The position numbers were made by a program, and so were the translations under genes. A model generated the notes under the pieces. The model ran no database searches and was not told where the DNA came from. It worked only from the letters and a program-made list of their open reading frames with translations. Of a stretch of DNA of 64,000 bases, positions 49,694-58,538 are shown one piece after another. The stretch's first letter is position 1, and each line of letters starts with the position of its first letter. This DNA comes from Yaniella sp. GTDB lineage: Bacteria; Actinomycetota; Actinomycetes; Actinomycetales; Micrococcaceae. The DNA lies in NCBI RefSeq assembly GCF_030453185.1, contig NZ_JAKDKW010000003.1:4375-68374 (forward strand), in the 5' to 3' direction.

Positions 49694-51727
49694 ATGATGA
49701 GCCAAACCGATGGCCAACTCCACATGGCAGTCGATACCGGTGGGACATTCACCGATGTGGCCGTGCGAGGTGAAGACGGCCAGATGTCCGTGTGGAAACT
49801 CCCCTCAACACCGACCGCCCCGGATGACGCGGTGATCGCAGGAGTCGAGGGCGCCCTGGAACGTGTCGGTCGCTCACCGGGAGAACTCACTCGCTTCGTC
49901 CACGGCAGCACGGTGGCTACTAACACCGTGATCACTCGGGACGGTGCCCGCGTCGGTATGGTCACCACCCGGGGTTTTCGAGACGTGCTCGCCATCGCCC
50001 ATCAGTCCCGGCCCGCAATCTATGACCAGCACAAGCGTAGGCCTGAACCGCTGATTCCCAAAGAGGCCATCGTTGAGGCATCACAGCGCATGGACGCCGA
50101 TGGTGCAGTATTGGTTGATCTCGACGAAGTCTCCCTAGCCGAAACAGTTAAACCGTTAGCCACACTCGAACTCGACGTCATCGTGGTTTCCTTCCTCAAC
50201 GCCTATGTGAATCCAGAACACGAACAACGGGCCGTAGCCGTCGTCCAAGATGCCGGGGTTGCCTCACAGGTCGTGGCGGCCACCAGTATCTCCGCTGAAA
50301 TGCGCGAATACGAGCGCAGCTCAACAGCAGCGATCAACGCGTATGTCTCACCCAAAATTACCGGGTATATCCAACGGCTCGAACAAGGTCTCACCGCGGC
50401 GGGCATGAAGACCAGCTGGCGGATGATGCAATCCTCTGGTGGTCTACTAAGTCCCAGCGACGCGGCGGACCACCCTGCACGGACGGTACTGTCTGGACTC
50501 GCCGGGGGAGTGGTAGGTGCCGCGAATTGGTCCCAACACTTGGGTCTGCAGCGCACCGTGTCCTTCGATATTGGCGGCACCTCCACCGACATCGCCTTGA
50601 TCCGAGATGGCGTACCCGATGAAACCCTGGCTTCCGAGATTGCCGGACTACCGCTGAAACTCCCGGCCGTAGATGTTCATACGATTGGTGCGGGTGGCGG
50701 ATCTATTGCATGGCTGGATCCCGGCGGAGGCCTGCGAGTTGGACCCCACTCGGCTGGCGCTGAACCGGGCCCCATTAGTTACCAACGCGGTGGCAAAGCA
50801 CCAACGGTCACTGATGCGCACGTGGTGCTCGGACGGCTCGGGCATGAACTCCTAGGTGGAGAATTTCAACTCGACGCCGCTGCGGCACGAAATGCGATGG
50901 TCGCATGGGGAGAAACCATCGGGCTCTCCGCCGAAGATACGGCCGAAGGCATCTTGCGAGTGATTACCGCAACGATGTCGCGCGGTATCCGCAAGGTATC
51001 GGTCGAACGTGGCATTGACCTGCGAACCTGTGACCTGATGGCTTTCGGTGGTGCTGGGCCCCTTCATGCTGCCGATTTAGCACAGGAACTGGGCATGCAA
51101 TCGGCGGTGATCCCACCGCGACCAGGTATCGCTTCGGCGGTCGGTATGCTGGACGCTCCTATCCGCCACGATTACGCCACCAGTGTCGAGGCGAAGACGG
51201 GTGCGGCCTTGGAAAAATTGCAGCAGATATTTGAGACGATGCGCGCTCGTGCGGCCGAGCAGTTAGATGATCCGCAGGCTGAAACCAACTATGACTTGCT
51301 GGTGGATGCCCGATACATTGGCCAGTCCTATGAACTCACCGTTGAATTTGATGCTGATTGGGAACGACAGCGGGCAATCTTTGAAGACATGCATGAACAG
51401 AACTATGGCTTCGCTGATCCCGATGCACTGATGGAAATTGTGGTGGCCCGACTCGTGGTCACCCAACAGCTTGAACACGGCGCCCTGGAATCGGTGGCAT
51501 CGATCACTGCTGATGTCACCCCCAGCAGCCACCGGGACGTTTACATCGACGGTGCGTGGCGGGATGTGCCCATATACGATCGCGCCACGTTCGGGGCCAA
51601 GACCGTGATCGCCGGCCCAGCGGTCATCGAACAGTTCGACTCAACCATCTATCTGCGTCCGGACCAGATGGCCGAGAACGACACCTACGACTTCCTGCAC
51701 ATACGCCAGGCAACGGAACAGGAGTGA
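49694..51727 (+). CDS. hyuA: hydantoinase/oxoprolinase family protein, A (beta) subunit (HyuA/OplA-like, ATP-dependent)
   Basis: N-terminal ...MAVDTGGTFTDV..., a second ASKHA motif FDIGGTSTDIA, and AFGGAGPLHA. The start is ATG 49694 or 49724. The ORF-track start at 49613 is an over-extension. Confidence 0.88.
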   Translation: MMSQTDGQLHMAVDTGGTFTDVAVRGEDGQMSVWKLPSTPTAPDDAVIAGVEGALERVGRSPGELTRFVHGSTVATNTVITRDGARVGMVTTRGFRDVLAIAHQSRPAIYDQHKRRPEPLIPKEAIVEASQRMDADGAVLVDLDEVSLAETVKPLATLELDVIVVSFLNAYVNPEHEQRAVAVVQDAGVASQVVAATSISAEMREYERSSTAAINAYVSPKITGYIQRLEQGLTAAGMKTSWRMMQSSGGLLSPSDAADHPARTVLSGLAGGVVGAANWSQHLGLQRTVSFDIGGTSTDIALIRDGVPDETLASEIAGLPLKLPAVDVHTIGAGGGSIAWLDPGGGLRVGPHSAGAEPGPISYQRGGKAPTVTDAHVVLGRLGHELLGGEFQLDAAAARNAMVAWGETIGLSAEDTAEGILRVITATMSRGIRKVSVERGIDLRTCDLMAFGGAGPLHAADLAQELGMQSAVIPPRPGIASAVGMLDAPIRHDYATSVEAKTGAALEKLQQIFETMRARAAEQLDDPQAETNYDLLVDARYIGQSYELTVEFDADWERQRAIFEDMHEQNYGFADPDALMEIVVARLVVTQQLEHGALESVASITADVTPSSHRDVYIDGAWRDVPIYDRATFGAKTVIAGPAVIEQFDSTIYLRPDQMAENDTYDFLHIRQATEQE

Positions 51728-51729
51728 TT

Positions 51730-53316
51730 ATGCGTGACGCAACACTGAACCCGGTCGAACTGGAAATCGCGCGAAACCGTCTGGAATCAATCTCTGAGGA
51801 AGTCGGCACCGCACTCATTCAAACCAGCTACTCACCAAATATTAAAGACCGACGTGACTGTTCGGCGGGCATCTATGGTCCAGACGGTATGCTCATCTCA
51901 CAGGCAGAACACATCCCACTGCACTTGGGACTCATGCCCACACTGATTAAAAATGCGCTGGCCTCCTATGGCACAGAACATTTAGTGGACGGTGATGTCC
52001 TGCTGACCAATAATCCTTACCTGGGCGGATCACACCTGCCCGATATGTGCGTCATTACCCCGGTCTTCTGGCAGGAGACGCTAGTAGCGGTCGTGGCCAA
52101 TATGGCCCACCATGTTGACGTCGGGGGCATTACACCCGGATCCATGGCTACCCACGCCACCGAAATTTTTCAAGAAGGCCTCCGCATTCCTCCGGTGAAG
52201 CTCTTTGCTGCGGGTGAGCTTCGCGATGAGCTCTTAGCCGTCGTCTTGACGAATATTCGTACCCAGGACAAAACCCGCGGTGACATCATGGCACAGGTCG
52301 CGGCCAACCGGTTAGGGGAACGTCGTCTTCACGAACTGCTCGAAGAATGGGGGAGCCAGCGTTTTGACGTCTCAGCTACAGCATTGGTGGAGTACGCGGC
52401 CCGTCGTACCCGCTCAGCTATTGAGCAACTGCCCGATGGGACCGGAACATTCACGGATTATCTGGAACATGACGGCAATCAGGAGAACCCACTGGCCATT
52501 ACGGCCACGGTAGAAGTTGCCGGGGACCGCCTGACCGTGGACTTTTCTGAGACTACCGACCAGGTCGCCGGAGCCGTGAACTGTTCGTGGGCGGTCACCG
52601 AAGGATGCGTCGCCTACGTCATCAAACTCCTGACAGACTCATCTCTGCCGTCCAATGCAGGACTGATGCAACCCATTGAGGTGACAACTCGGGAAGGCTC
52701 CCTGGTGGCCGCCACATTCCCAGCCCCCGTCTCTAATGGTAATATTCAAACCTCACAGCGGATCGTGGATGCCCTGTTGGGTGCGTTTCAGCAGTTCGCG
52801 CCTGAACACGTGCCGGCAGCTTCTTCTGGTTCCATGTCGATCATGACCATCGGTGGATTCGACCATGTCACGGGCCAGTATTTTTCCTACGTTGAAACAT
52901 ATGGTGGCGGCCAAGGGGCGATGCCTGATCAAGACGGCGCCTCGGCGGTTCACACGCATATGACCAACACCAGAAATACGCCGTGCGAAGTGATCGAACG
53001 GGAATACCCATTACGTGTTGAGGCCTATCGCATCGTCGAACAGACCGGCGGGACCGGAGAGTATTCCGGTGGAGATGGGCTCCTACGTCGTTTGACGCTG
53101 ACCCGAGGTACCGCCCAGGTGGTTGCTGGAACGTCACGCGTAACAACCTTGCCTTGGGGGCTGGCCGGCGGTAGTGCAGGTCAGCCGGGCGAGGTGATCC
53201 GGCATGGCAACGATGGGGATGAAACTCGTGAGTCCATGACCCGCTTCGATGTTCGCTCCGGTGAGGGGATTACGATTCAAACCGCCGGTGGCGGTGGCTA
53301 CGGTCAACAACAGTAA
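51730..53316 (+). CDS. hyuB: hydantoinase B/oxoprolinase family protein, B (alpha) subunit (HyuB/OplB-like)
   Basis: MRDATLNPVELEIARNRLESISEEVGTALIQTSYSPNIKDRRDCS...NNPYLGGSHLPD... The ATG lies 2 nt after the hyuA stop, with GGAACAGGAG as SD. Confidence 0.88.
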   Translation: MRDATLNPVELEIARNRLESISEEVGTALIQTSYSPNIKDRRDCSAGIYGPDGMLISQAEHIPLHLGLMPTLIKNALASYGTEHLVDGDVLLTNNPYLGGSHLPDMCVITPVFWQETLVAVVANMAHHVDVGGITPGSMATHATEIFQEGLRIPPVKLFAAGELRDELLAVVLTNIRTQDKTRGDIMAQVAANRLGERRLHELLEEWGSQRFDVSATALVEYAARRTRSAIEQLPDGTGTFTDYLEHDGNQENPLAITATVEVAGDRLTVDFSETTDQVAGAVNCSWAVTEGCVAYVIKLLTDSSLPSNAGLMQPIEVTTREGSLVAATFPAPVSNGNIQTSQRIVDALLGAFQQFAPEHVPAASSGSMSIMTIGGFDHVTGQYFSYVETYGGGQGAMPDQDGASAVHTHMTNTRNTPCEVIEREYPLRVEAYRIVEQTGGTGEYSGGDGLLRRLTLTRGTAQVVAGTSRVTTLPWGLAGGSAGQPGEVIRHGNDGDETRESMTRFDVRSGEGITIQTAGGGGYGQQQ

Positions 53317-53345
53317 CCTGATAACAACACGATGAAAGGTGGCAC

Positions 53346-54788
53346 ATGACTGCCGCAGCAACAATCGCCGAAGTCAAACAGGTTTATTCGAGCGGCCGCA
53401 CACGCAGTGTCGCATGGCGTCTGAGCCAGCTTGCCGCCCTACAACAACTGCTCGAAGAAAATGGCCCAATCCTTGAGGCGGCTCTGGCCCAAGACTTAGG
53501 CAAGAACGCGTTTGAGTCCTGGGTGTCCGAAATTGGGCAGGTATTGACTGAAATTCGTTGGCTCCGTAAACATACCGCGCAGTGGGCCAAACCCCAACGC
53601 GTTCGCACGCCGCTGGCGCTGTGGCCGGCAAAATCGATGATCGAACACGAACCACGCGGTACGGTTCTGATTATCGCACCGTGGAACTATCCGGTGATGT
53701 TGGGTTTATCCCCACTAGCGGGTGCCGTGGCGACGGGCAACACCGTTGTTCTCAAACCGTCTGAGGTTGGTAGCGCCATGGAAACCGTGCTCCAGGAATT
53801 AATCCCCTATTATCTGGATCCCCATGCGGTCCGCGTGGTTACCGGTGGCCCTGACGTCGTGCACGAAATGCTTGATGCCCAGCCCGACTACGTGTTTTTC
53901 ACCGGGTCACCCAAGGTCGGCTCGATCATCGCCTCGGCCTGTGCGGAACGGCTGATCGAATACACGCTCGAACTGGGAGGGCAGTCACCGGCCTACGTAC
54001 ACCACGATGCAGATCTTGCCACGGCAGCTTCACGACTGGTGTGGGGCAAATACCTCAATGCCGGACAAACCTGCGTGGCACCGAATCACATTTACGTCCA
54101 TGACTCGATAGCAGCTGATCTCGTGACAGCTATGACAAAGGAACTCCGGCGGCAATTTGGCAAAGACCATGCTACGAATCGCAGTTATCCACGCATGATT
54201 ACCTCCGACCACACCGAATCTCTAGCGGATCTCCTCGCTGAGACAACCGGAGATGTGGTCTACGGCGGGAATAGCAACCCCACGAAACGCTATTTCGAAC
54301 CCACCATTGTGACCGATGTGGGAGAAGACGATGCGCTGATGTCCCGAGAGCTCTTTGGTCCTGTGCTGCCAGTCATCGCCGTCAACGGTGCCGACGACGC
54401 CATTGACCGGATGGCTAAACGCGAGAACCCGTTGGCGTTCTACTTGTTTACCCAGTCAGAAGCGGTCAAAGACCATGTACGGCCACGAGTTACTGCCGCC
54501 GGTATCGGGATCAATGTTCCGCTGATGCACCTGGCTACACCACATATGCCTTTTGGTGGGGTTGGTAGCTCGGGTCACGGGAGGTACCACGGAGTGTGGT
54601 CCCTACGAACCTTCAGCCACGAACGCGCCGTATTAGACAAACCGCTCAAACCGGACACCTTAAAACTGGTGAAGCACCCGGCGCCCTTCTGGGCGAATTG
54701 GGCGGTGCGTAGACTCCTTACCGGCGGATATAACCCGGGCCGGGATCTGGCCCAAGCCCGATGGTATCGGAACGACCCCCTGGACTAG
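53346..54788 (+). CDS. aldehyde dehydrogenase (class-3-like, NAD(P)+)
   Basis: The catalytic Cys lies in NAGQTCVAPNHIYV and the general-base Glu in ELGGQSP. IIAPWNYP and the GSPKVG nucleotide motif are present. 480 aa. Confidence 0.9.
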   Translation: MTAAATIAEVKQVYSSGRTRSVAWRLSQLAALQQLLEENGPILEAALAQDLGKNAFESWVSEIGQVLTEIRWLRKHTAQWAKPQRVRTPLALWPAKSMIEHEPRGTVLIIAPWNYPVMLGLSPLAGAVATGNTVVLKPSEVGSAMETVLQELIPYYLDPHAVRVVTGGPDVVHEMLDAQPDYVFFTGSPKVGSIIASACAERLIEYTLELGGQSPAYVHHDADLATAASRLVWGKYLNAGQTCVAPNHIYVHDSIAADLVTAMTKELRRQFGKDHATNRSYPRMITSDHTESLADLLAETTGDVVYGGNSNPTKRYFEPTIVTDVGEDDALMSRELFGPVLPVIAVNGADDAIDRMAKRENPLAFYLFTQSEAVKDHVRPRVTAAGIGINVPLMHLATPHMPFGGVGSSGHGRYHGVWSLRTFSHERAVLDKPLKPDTLKLVKHPAPFWANWAVRRLLTGGYNPGRDLAQARWYRNDPLD

Positions 54789-55274
54789 GCCCACACGACG
54801 CAAAACCTCCGGCAGCTCCCAGAAACCGCTAAAATGTGAGAATCTAGTCGCTGTGACAGGAAGGAGACTGAGTCATGATGAAGCATGACGGCTACGTGGT
54901 CGATCACGAACTCAAAAGATCTGACCCTGACCGTTCGTCTTCTCTTGTACTTGGTGCACCTCATTATCCAGGCGAACATTGCCACATTCCCGTAGTTCGA
55001 TGCCGAAAAGGCCCTCTGGATCGTGGTCCAAACCAACGACAAATTTCAGGCATGCCGCGAGACAATACGGCACGCACTCAACGCTTTGCCATACTCTGGA
55101 ATGGAAAGATCATGAGGGTGCCGGCCAGAACTGCTCATAGGTGGGCCGGTAATCGTATCAAGCGAGTATGGCAAATGTTGCGGCAGAAGCCTTCCACTAG
55201 TCCCATAATATGCAGTGCGACTCCTGGGCGTCACAACTCCGTGCAGGTCTGCAGGTCACACAGAATTGAAAACA

Positions 55275-56618
55275 ATGTCTAAATTATTTGGTACCGACGG
55301 TGTTCGAGGCGTAGCCAACGAGAAAATCACCGTTGAACTTGCAACGAAACTCTCTCAGGCAGCCGCGGAGGTCCTTGGTCATGAAGACTCTGTCAGTCGC
55401 CGACCCAAAGCCGTTGTTGCTCGTGACCCACGAATCTCGTCGGAATTTATCAACGCTGCCGTCTCAGCCGGGTTAGCGTCATCCGGGGTCGACGTGTTTG
55501 ATGCAGGGGTATTGCCAACGCCTGCTGCCGCGTATCTTGTGGACGACATCCATGCCGACTTCGGCGTGATGATCTCTGCATCGCACAACCCCGCACCAGA
55601 TAACGGAATCAAATTCTTATCGCGCGGAGGCGAGAAGCTCACCGACGCTCAAGAGGATCGCATCCTGGAGCAAATGGAGCACGAGCCGCGTCGGCCGATC
55701 GGTGCAGAAGTTGGTCGCGTACGACGTTTTTCCGATGCGGAAGATCGTTACGCATTGCATTTGCTGAAGTCGATGCCAAACCGTTTGGACGGCATGAAAA
55801 TCGTCATTGATGCCGCGCACGGCGCTGGCTCCGGGGTGGCACCAGAAGTGTTCACACAGGCCGGAGCCGAAGTGGTTGTGATCGGTGCTGACCCGGATGG
55901 GTTGAACATCAACCAGCATTACGGCTCTACCCATATGGAGAATCTCCAGGCTGCGGTGCTGGAGCGCGGTGCAGATCTCGGTGTGGCGCTTGATGGCGAC
56001 GCCGATCGGTTCCTGGCGGTCGATCACAAGGGCACCATCATTGACGGTGACCAGATCATGGCGATTATGGCCGTCGCACTCAAAGATCAGGGCGTGCTCA
56101 AAGACGACACCCTGGTGGTGACCGTGATGAGTAACCTTGGCCTGAAATTGGCCATGCAGCAGCACAACATTCACGTGGTCGAGACAAAGGTGGGGGACCG
56201 GTACGTATTAGAAGCGATGGCCGCCGAGCAGGCCTCGCTGGGTGGGGAACAATCAGGCCACATTATTTTCTCGCAGTGGGCGACCACCGGAGACGGTATT
56301 CTTACCGGCCTGCATCTAGCCGCTCGGATGAATGCAACGAAGAAGAAGCTGTCTGAACTGGCGACCGTGATGACACGCTTGCCACAGGTGTTGATTAACG
56401 TAAAAGACGTGGACAAAGCCGCCGTGGATGACCACGCGGTGGTGAAGCAAGAAGTTGTCGCCGTTGAGGCCCAACTGGGCGAAACGGGACGGGTCTTGTT
56501 GCGACAGTCGGGGACTGAGCCCGTTGTCCGAGTCATGGTCGAAGCTGCCGATAAGGCCACCGCCCAGCAACAAGCTCAGTACTTGGCTGATGTGGTCTCT
56601 GAGAACTTGCCACTGTGA
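55275..56618 (+). CDS. glmM: phosphoglucosamine mutase
   Basis: [15 protein letters not shown]..., the phosphoserine loop [14 protein letters not shown], the metal loop DGDADR, and GEQSGH. Confidence 0.97.
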   Translation: MSKLFGTDGVRGVANEKITVELATKLSQAAAEVLGHEDSVSRRPKAVVARDPRISSEFINAAVSAGLASSGVDVFDAGVLPTPAAAYLVDDIHADFGVMISASHNPAPDNGIKFLSRGGEKLTDAQEDRILEQMEHEPRRPIGAEVGRVRRFSDAEDRYALHLLKSMPNRLDGMKIVIDAAHGAGSGVAPEVFTQAGAEVVVIGADPDGLNINQHYGSTHMENLQAAVLERGADLGVALDGDADRFLAVDHKGTIIDGDQIMAIMAVALKDQGVLKDDTLVVTVMSNLGLKLAMQQHNIHVVETKVGDRYVLEAMAAEQASLGGEQSGHIIFSQWATTGDGILTGLHLAARMNATKKKLSELATVMTRLPQVLINVKDVDKAAVDDHAVVKQEVVAVEAQLGETGRVLLRQSGTEPVVRVMVEAADKATAQQQAQYLADVVSENLPL

Positions 56619-56902
56619 CACATCCAGAATCTGAAGAGCACTTCGAGAAGGATCGCGGCACGCACGGTTACTTTGAGCGCGATGTCGACGATTTCCATCG
56701 CGAAGCAAATGTTTTAGCGGGTCACGACCCACACGACGTTTCGGCTGATCCTCCCCAGAATCTTCGGCTACGCCGCCTCTTCGTCTTTGCGACTCTGACA
56801 ATCATTGGATTCCTCGCCGCTGGACTAGCTTTTGGGTTGATGGCTCTGCCAGAATGCGAGAACCCGCAATATAACTGGATGCCCTGTATTCCGAATTTCT
56901 AG
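56615..56902 (+). CDS. hypothetical single-pass membrane protein (95 aa), translationally coupled to glmM
   Basis: The GTG overlaps the glmM stop (GTGA). There is an acidic N-terminal region, one TM helix ([24 protein letters not shown]) and a Cys-containing tail. A terminator follows. Confidence 0.5.
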   Translation: MTHPESEEHFEKDRGTHGYFERDVDDFHREANVLAGHDPHDVSADPPQNLRLRRLFVFATLTIIGFLAAGLAFGLMALPECENPQYNWMPCIPNF

Positions 56903-56917
56903 ACCCTATAAAGCTAG

Positions 56918-56957
56918 AAGGCCGCCGAAGACTCAGAGTAGTCTTCGGCGGCCTTTG
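56918..56957. terminator. bidirectional rho-independent terminator (glmM operon / mscL)
   Basis: A perfect 16-bp stem joins AAGGCCGCCGAAGACT and AGTCTTCGGCGGCCTT. It is flanked by an A-rich 5' side and TTTG on the 3' side. Confidence 0.85.
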
Positions 56958-56983
56958 TCGTACAAGAACTGTGGGTAAGGGTC

Positions 56984-57367
56984 TTAGTGTTTCGTACCGG
57001 GTACTAGAGCGTCGCGAATCTCAGTCAGCAGTGCGACCTCTTCAGTTGGCTCTTCTTCAGCGTGTTTACCACGCATCTCAATGAGTTTATTCATTGGCAT
57101 CACGATAGCGAAGTAGACGGCTGCCGCAATCAGCAAGAAATTCACGATTGCCGTGAGGAGGACCCCGAAAGCAAGTTCGTTGCCGTTGAGGGTAATCTTG
57201 GCGAAATCATCGAAGTTCGGCGATCCGACCAGTGCGGAGATGAACGGCATGAGCACCGAGTCCGTCAGCGTTGTGACAACCTGAGTGAACGCGGCACCGA
57301 TAATGACTGCAACGGCAAGGTCCATGACGTTACCTTGCGTAAGAAAATCTCTAAATCCTTTAAACAT
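56984..57367 (-). CDS. mscL: large-conductance mechanosensitive channel
   Basis: MFKGFRDFLTQGNVMDLAVAVIIGAAFTQVV... 127 aa with two TM helices. Confidence 0.96.
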   Translation of the reverse strand: MFKGFRDFLTQGNVMDLAVAVIIGAAFTQVVTTLTDSVLMPFISALVGSPNFDDFAKITLNGNELAFGVLLTAIVNFLLIAAAVYFAIVMPMNKLIEMRGKHAEEEPTEEVALLTEIRDALVPGTKH

Positions 57368-57426
57368 GGGTCACAGTATAGAACTGACGAACGTCCACTG
57401 CCCTGAGGCGCACCTCACGTCAAGGC

Positions 57427-58536
57427 CTAATCTTCGTAGTCGGGCGCGGGGTCAAGCCCAAATTCATCTTCGGCGACCCCAGAATTATGGTAAATTCGGG
57501 TCGAAAATTGTTCACCGAAATAACGAAGATGCCACGGTTCATACTGAAAACCGGTGATGTCCTGGCCGTCTTCGGGATAACGCACGACAAAACCATACTC
57601 GTGCGCATGCTCCGCCAGCCACTCACCAGCCTCGGTTTGCCCAAAGCTTGTTTGGAGTGTGTGCTGCCCGTCGGGAGAGTCAATATCCATGGCTAATCCG
57701 GTTTGGTGTTCCGAATGGCCGGGGCGAGAGGACATGCCGTTCGTATTATCGTCGCCGTATCGCTCTAGATAGCTGTCGTATAACTGTTGCTGGTAGTCAT
57801 AGGAACGGAAGGAAGAAATGGCCTGTAACTCAATATCATCTTCTTGAGCCGCAACAAACATATCTTCGGCGGCTTCAGCAGCTTCCTCACGCAGTTGTTG
57901 GTTCCCGTCAGTGAAATCGGAGGAGAGTTCGACAAGATCGTCGGGCGTATAGTCCGCCGGCAGTGCGCGAAGTTTATTGACGATGACTGTGATCGAATCT
58001 GGCGAATCCACATCCTCGGGTACCAGCGTGTCGGGGTCTGCTGTACTTTTAGCCCCCGAGTCCTCGGCTTGCTGAGAAGATTCTGACGGTTTGGGTCCAT
58101 CAGTTTCTTGCGATTCCGGAAGCGTGACCTCAGTCTGTGGGATTTCCGAGGTGATACGAGAGGTAGAAGTTTCGGAAGGTTCAGCAGTGGTTTTGTCGTC
58201 GCTGGCGTCCTTGGCTGCGGACGCGGTATCTACACTTTCAGATGCTGTCGATCCAGTCGTTGCACTTGACTCGGATTCCAGGGCAGCTTCGACGGTTTCC
58301 TGTCTTCCGTCCTCGGTCATGGACGATTCAGGACGGGCTGTACTGGCGTCAGACGTGTCCTGCAGCGTCGTATTCTCACGATGCTGCGTGTACGCCTTGT
58401 GATCCAAGGGGGAATAGGCGGTGACTTCGCGTCCCATGGTTTCTGCAATGACCACAGGAGATGCATAGAGCGCTCCGGCGAGGCACGTCAGGGTGACCGC
58501 CGTGGCGGTAAACGTCACCTTAGGGGTGCGCAACAT
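57427..58536 (-). CDS. secreted D-alanyl-D-alanine carboxypeptidase, VanY/M15B family, with long Ser/Thr/Glu/Asp-rich linker
   Basis: Signal/TM anchor (VTFTATAVTLTCLAGALYA). A ~150-aa low-complexity region follows. The catalytic motifs are SSFRSYDYQ, GHSEHQTGLAMDI and EPWHLRY. Confidence 0.88.
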   Translation of the reverse strand: MLRTPKVTFTATAVTLTCLAGALYASPVVIAETMGREVTAYSPLDHKAYTQHRENTTLQDTSDASTARPESSMTEDGRQETVEAALESESSATTGSTASESVDTASAAKDASDDKTTAEPSETSTSRITSEIPQTEVTLPESQETDGPKPSESSQQAEDSGAKSTADPDTLVPEDVDSPDSITVIVNKLRALPADYTPDDLVELSSDFTDGNQQLREEAAEAAEDMFVAAQEDDIELQAISSFRSYDYQQQLYDSYLERYGDDNTNGMSSRPGHSEHQTGLAMDIDSPDGQHTLQTSFGQTEAGEWLAEHAHEYGFVVRYPEDGQDITGFQYEPWHLRYFGEQFSTRIYHNSGVAEDEFGLDPAPDYED

Positions 58537-58538
58537 TG

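Noticed and set aside
51556-51729. 58-codon N-terminal extension of the hyuB ORF, and similar extensions of hyuA (49613-49693), glmM (55215-55274), nnr (61005-61037), alr (62455-62580), infA (43189-43221) and the LysR gene (48177-48263)
   Set aside because: These extensions overlap the preceding gene or contain Arg-rich non-homologous sequence. Internal starts with SD and family-typical N-termini are available.
56171-56801. 129- and 161-aa minus-strand ORFs over the 3' half of glmM
   Set aside because: They lie antisense to a strongly supported gene. Their products are Ser/Thr/Arg-rich with no start context.
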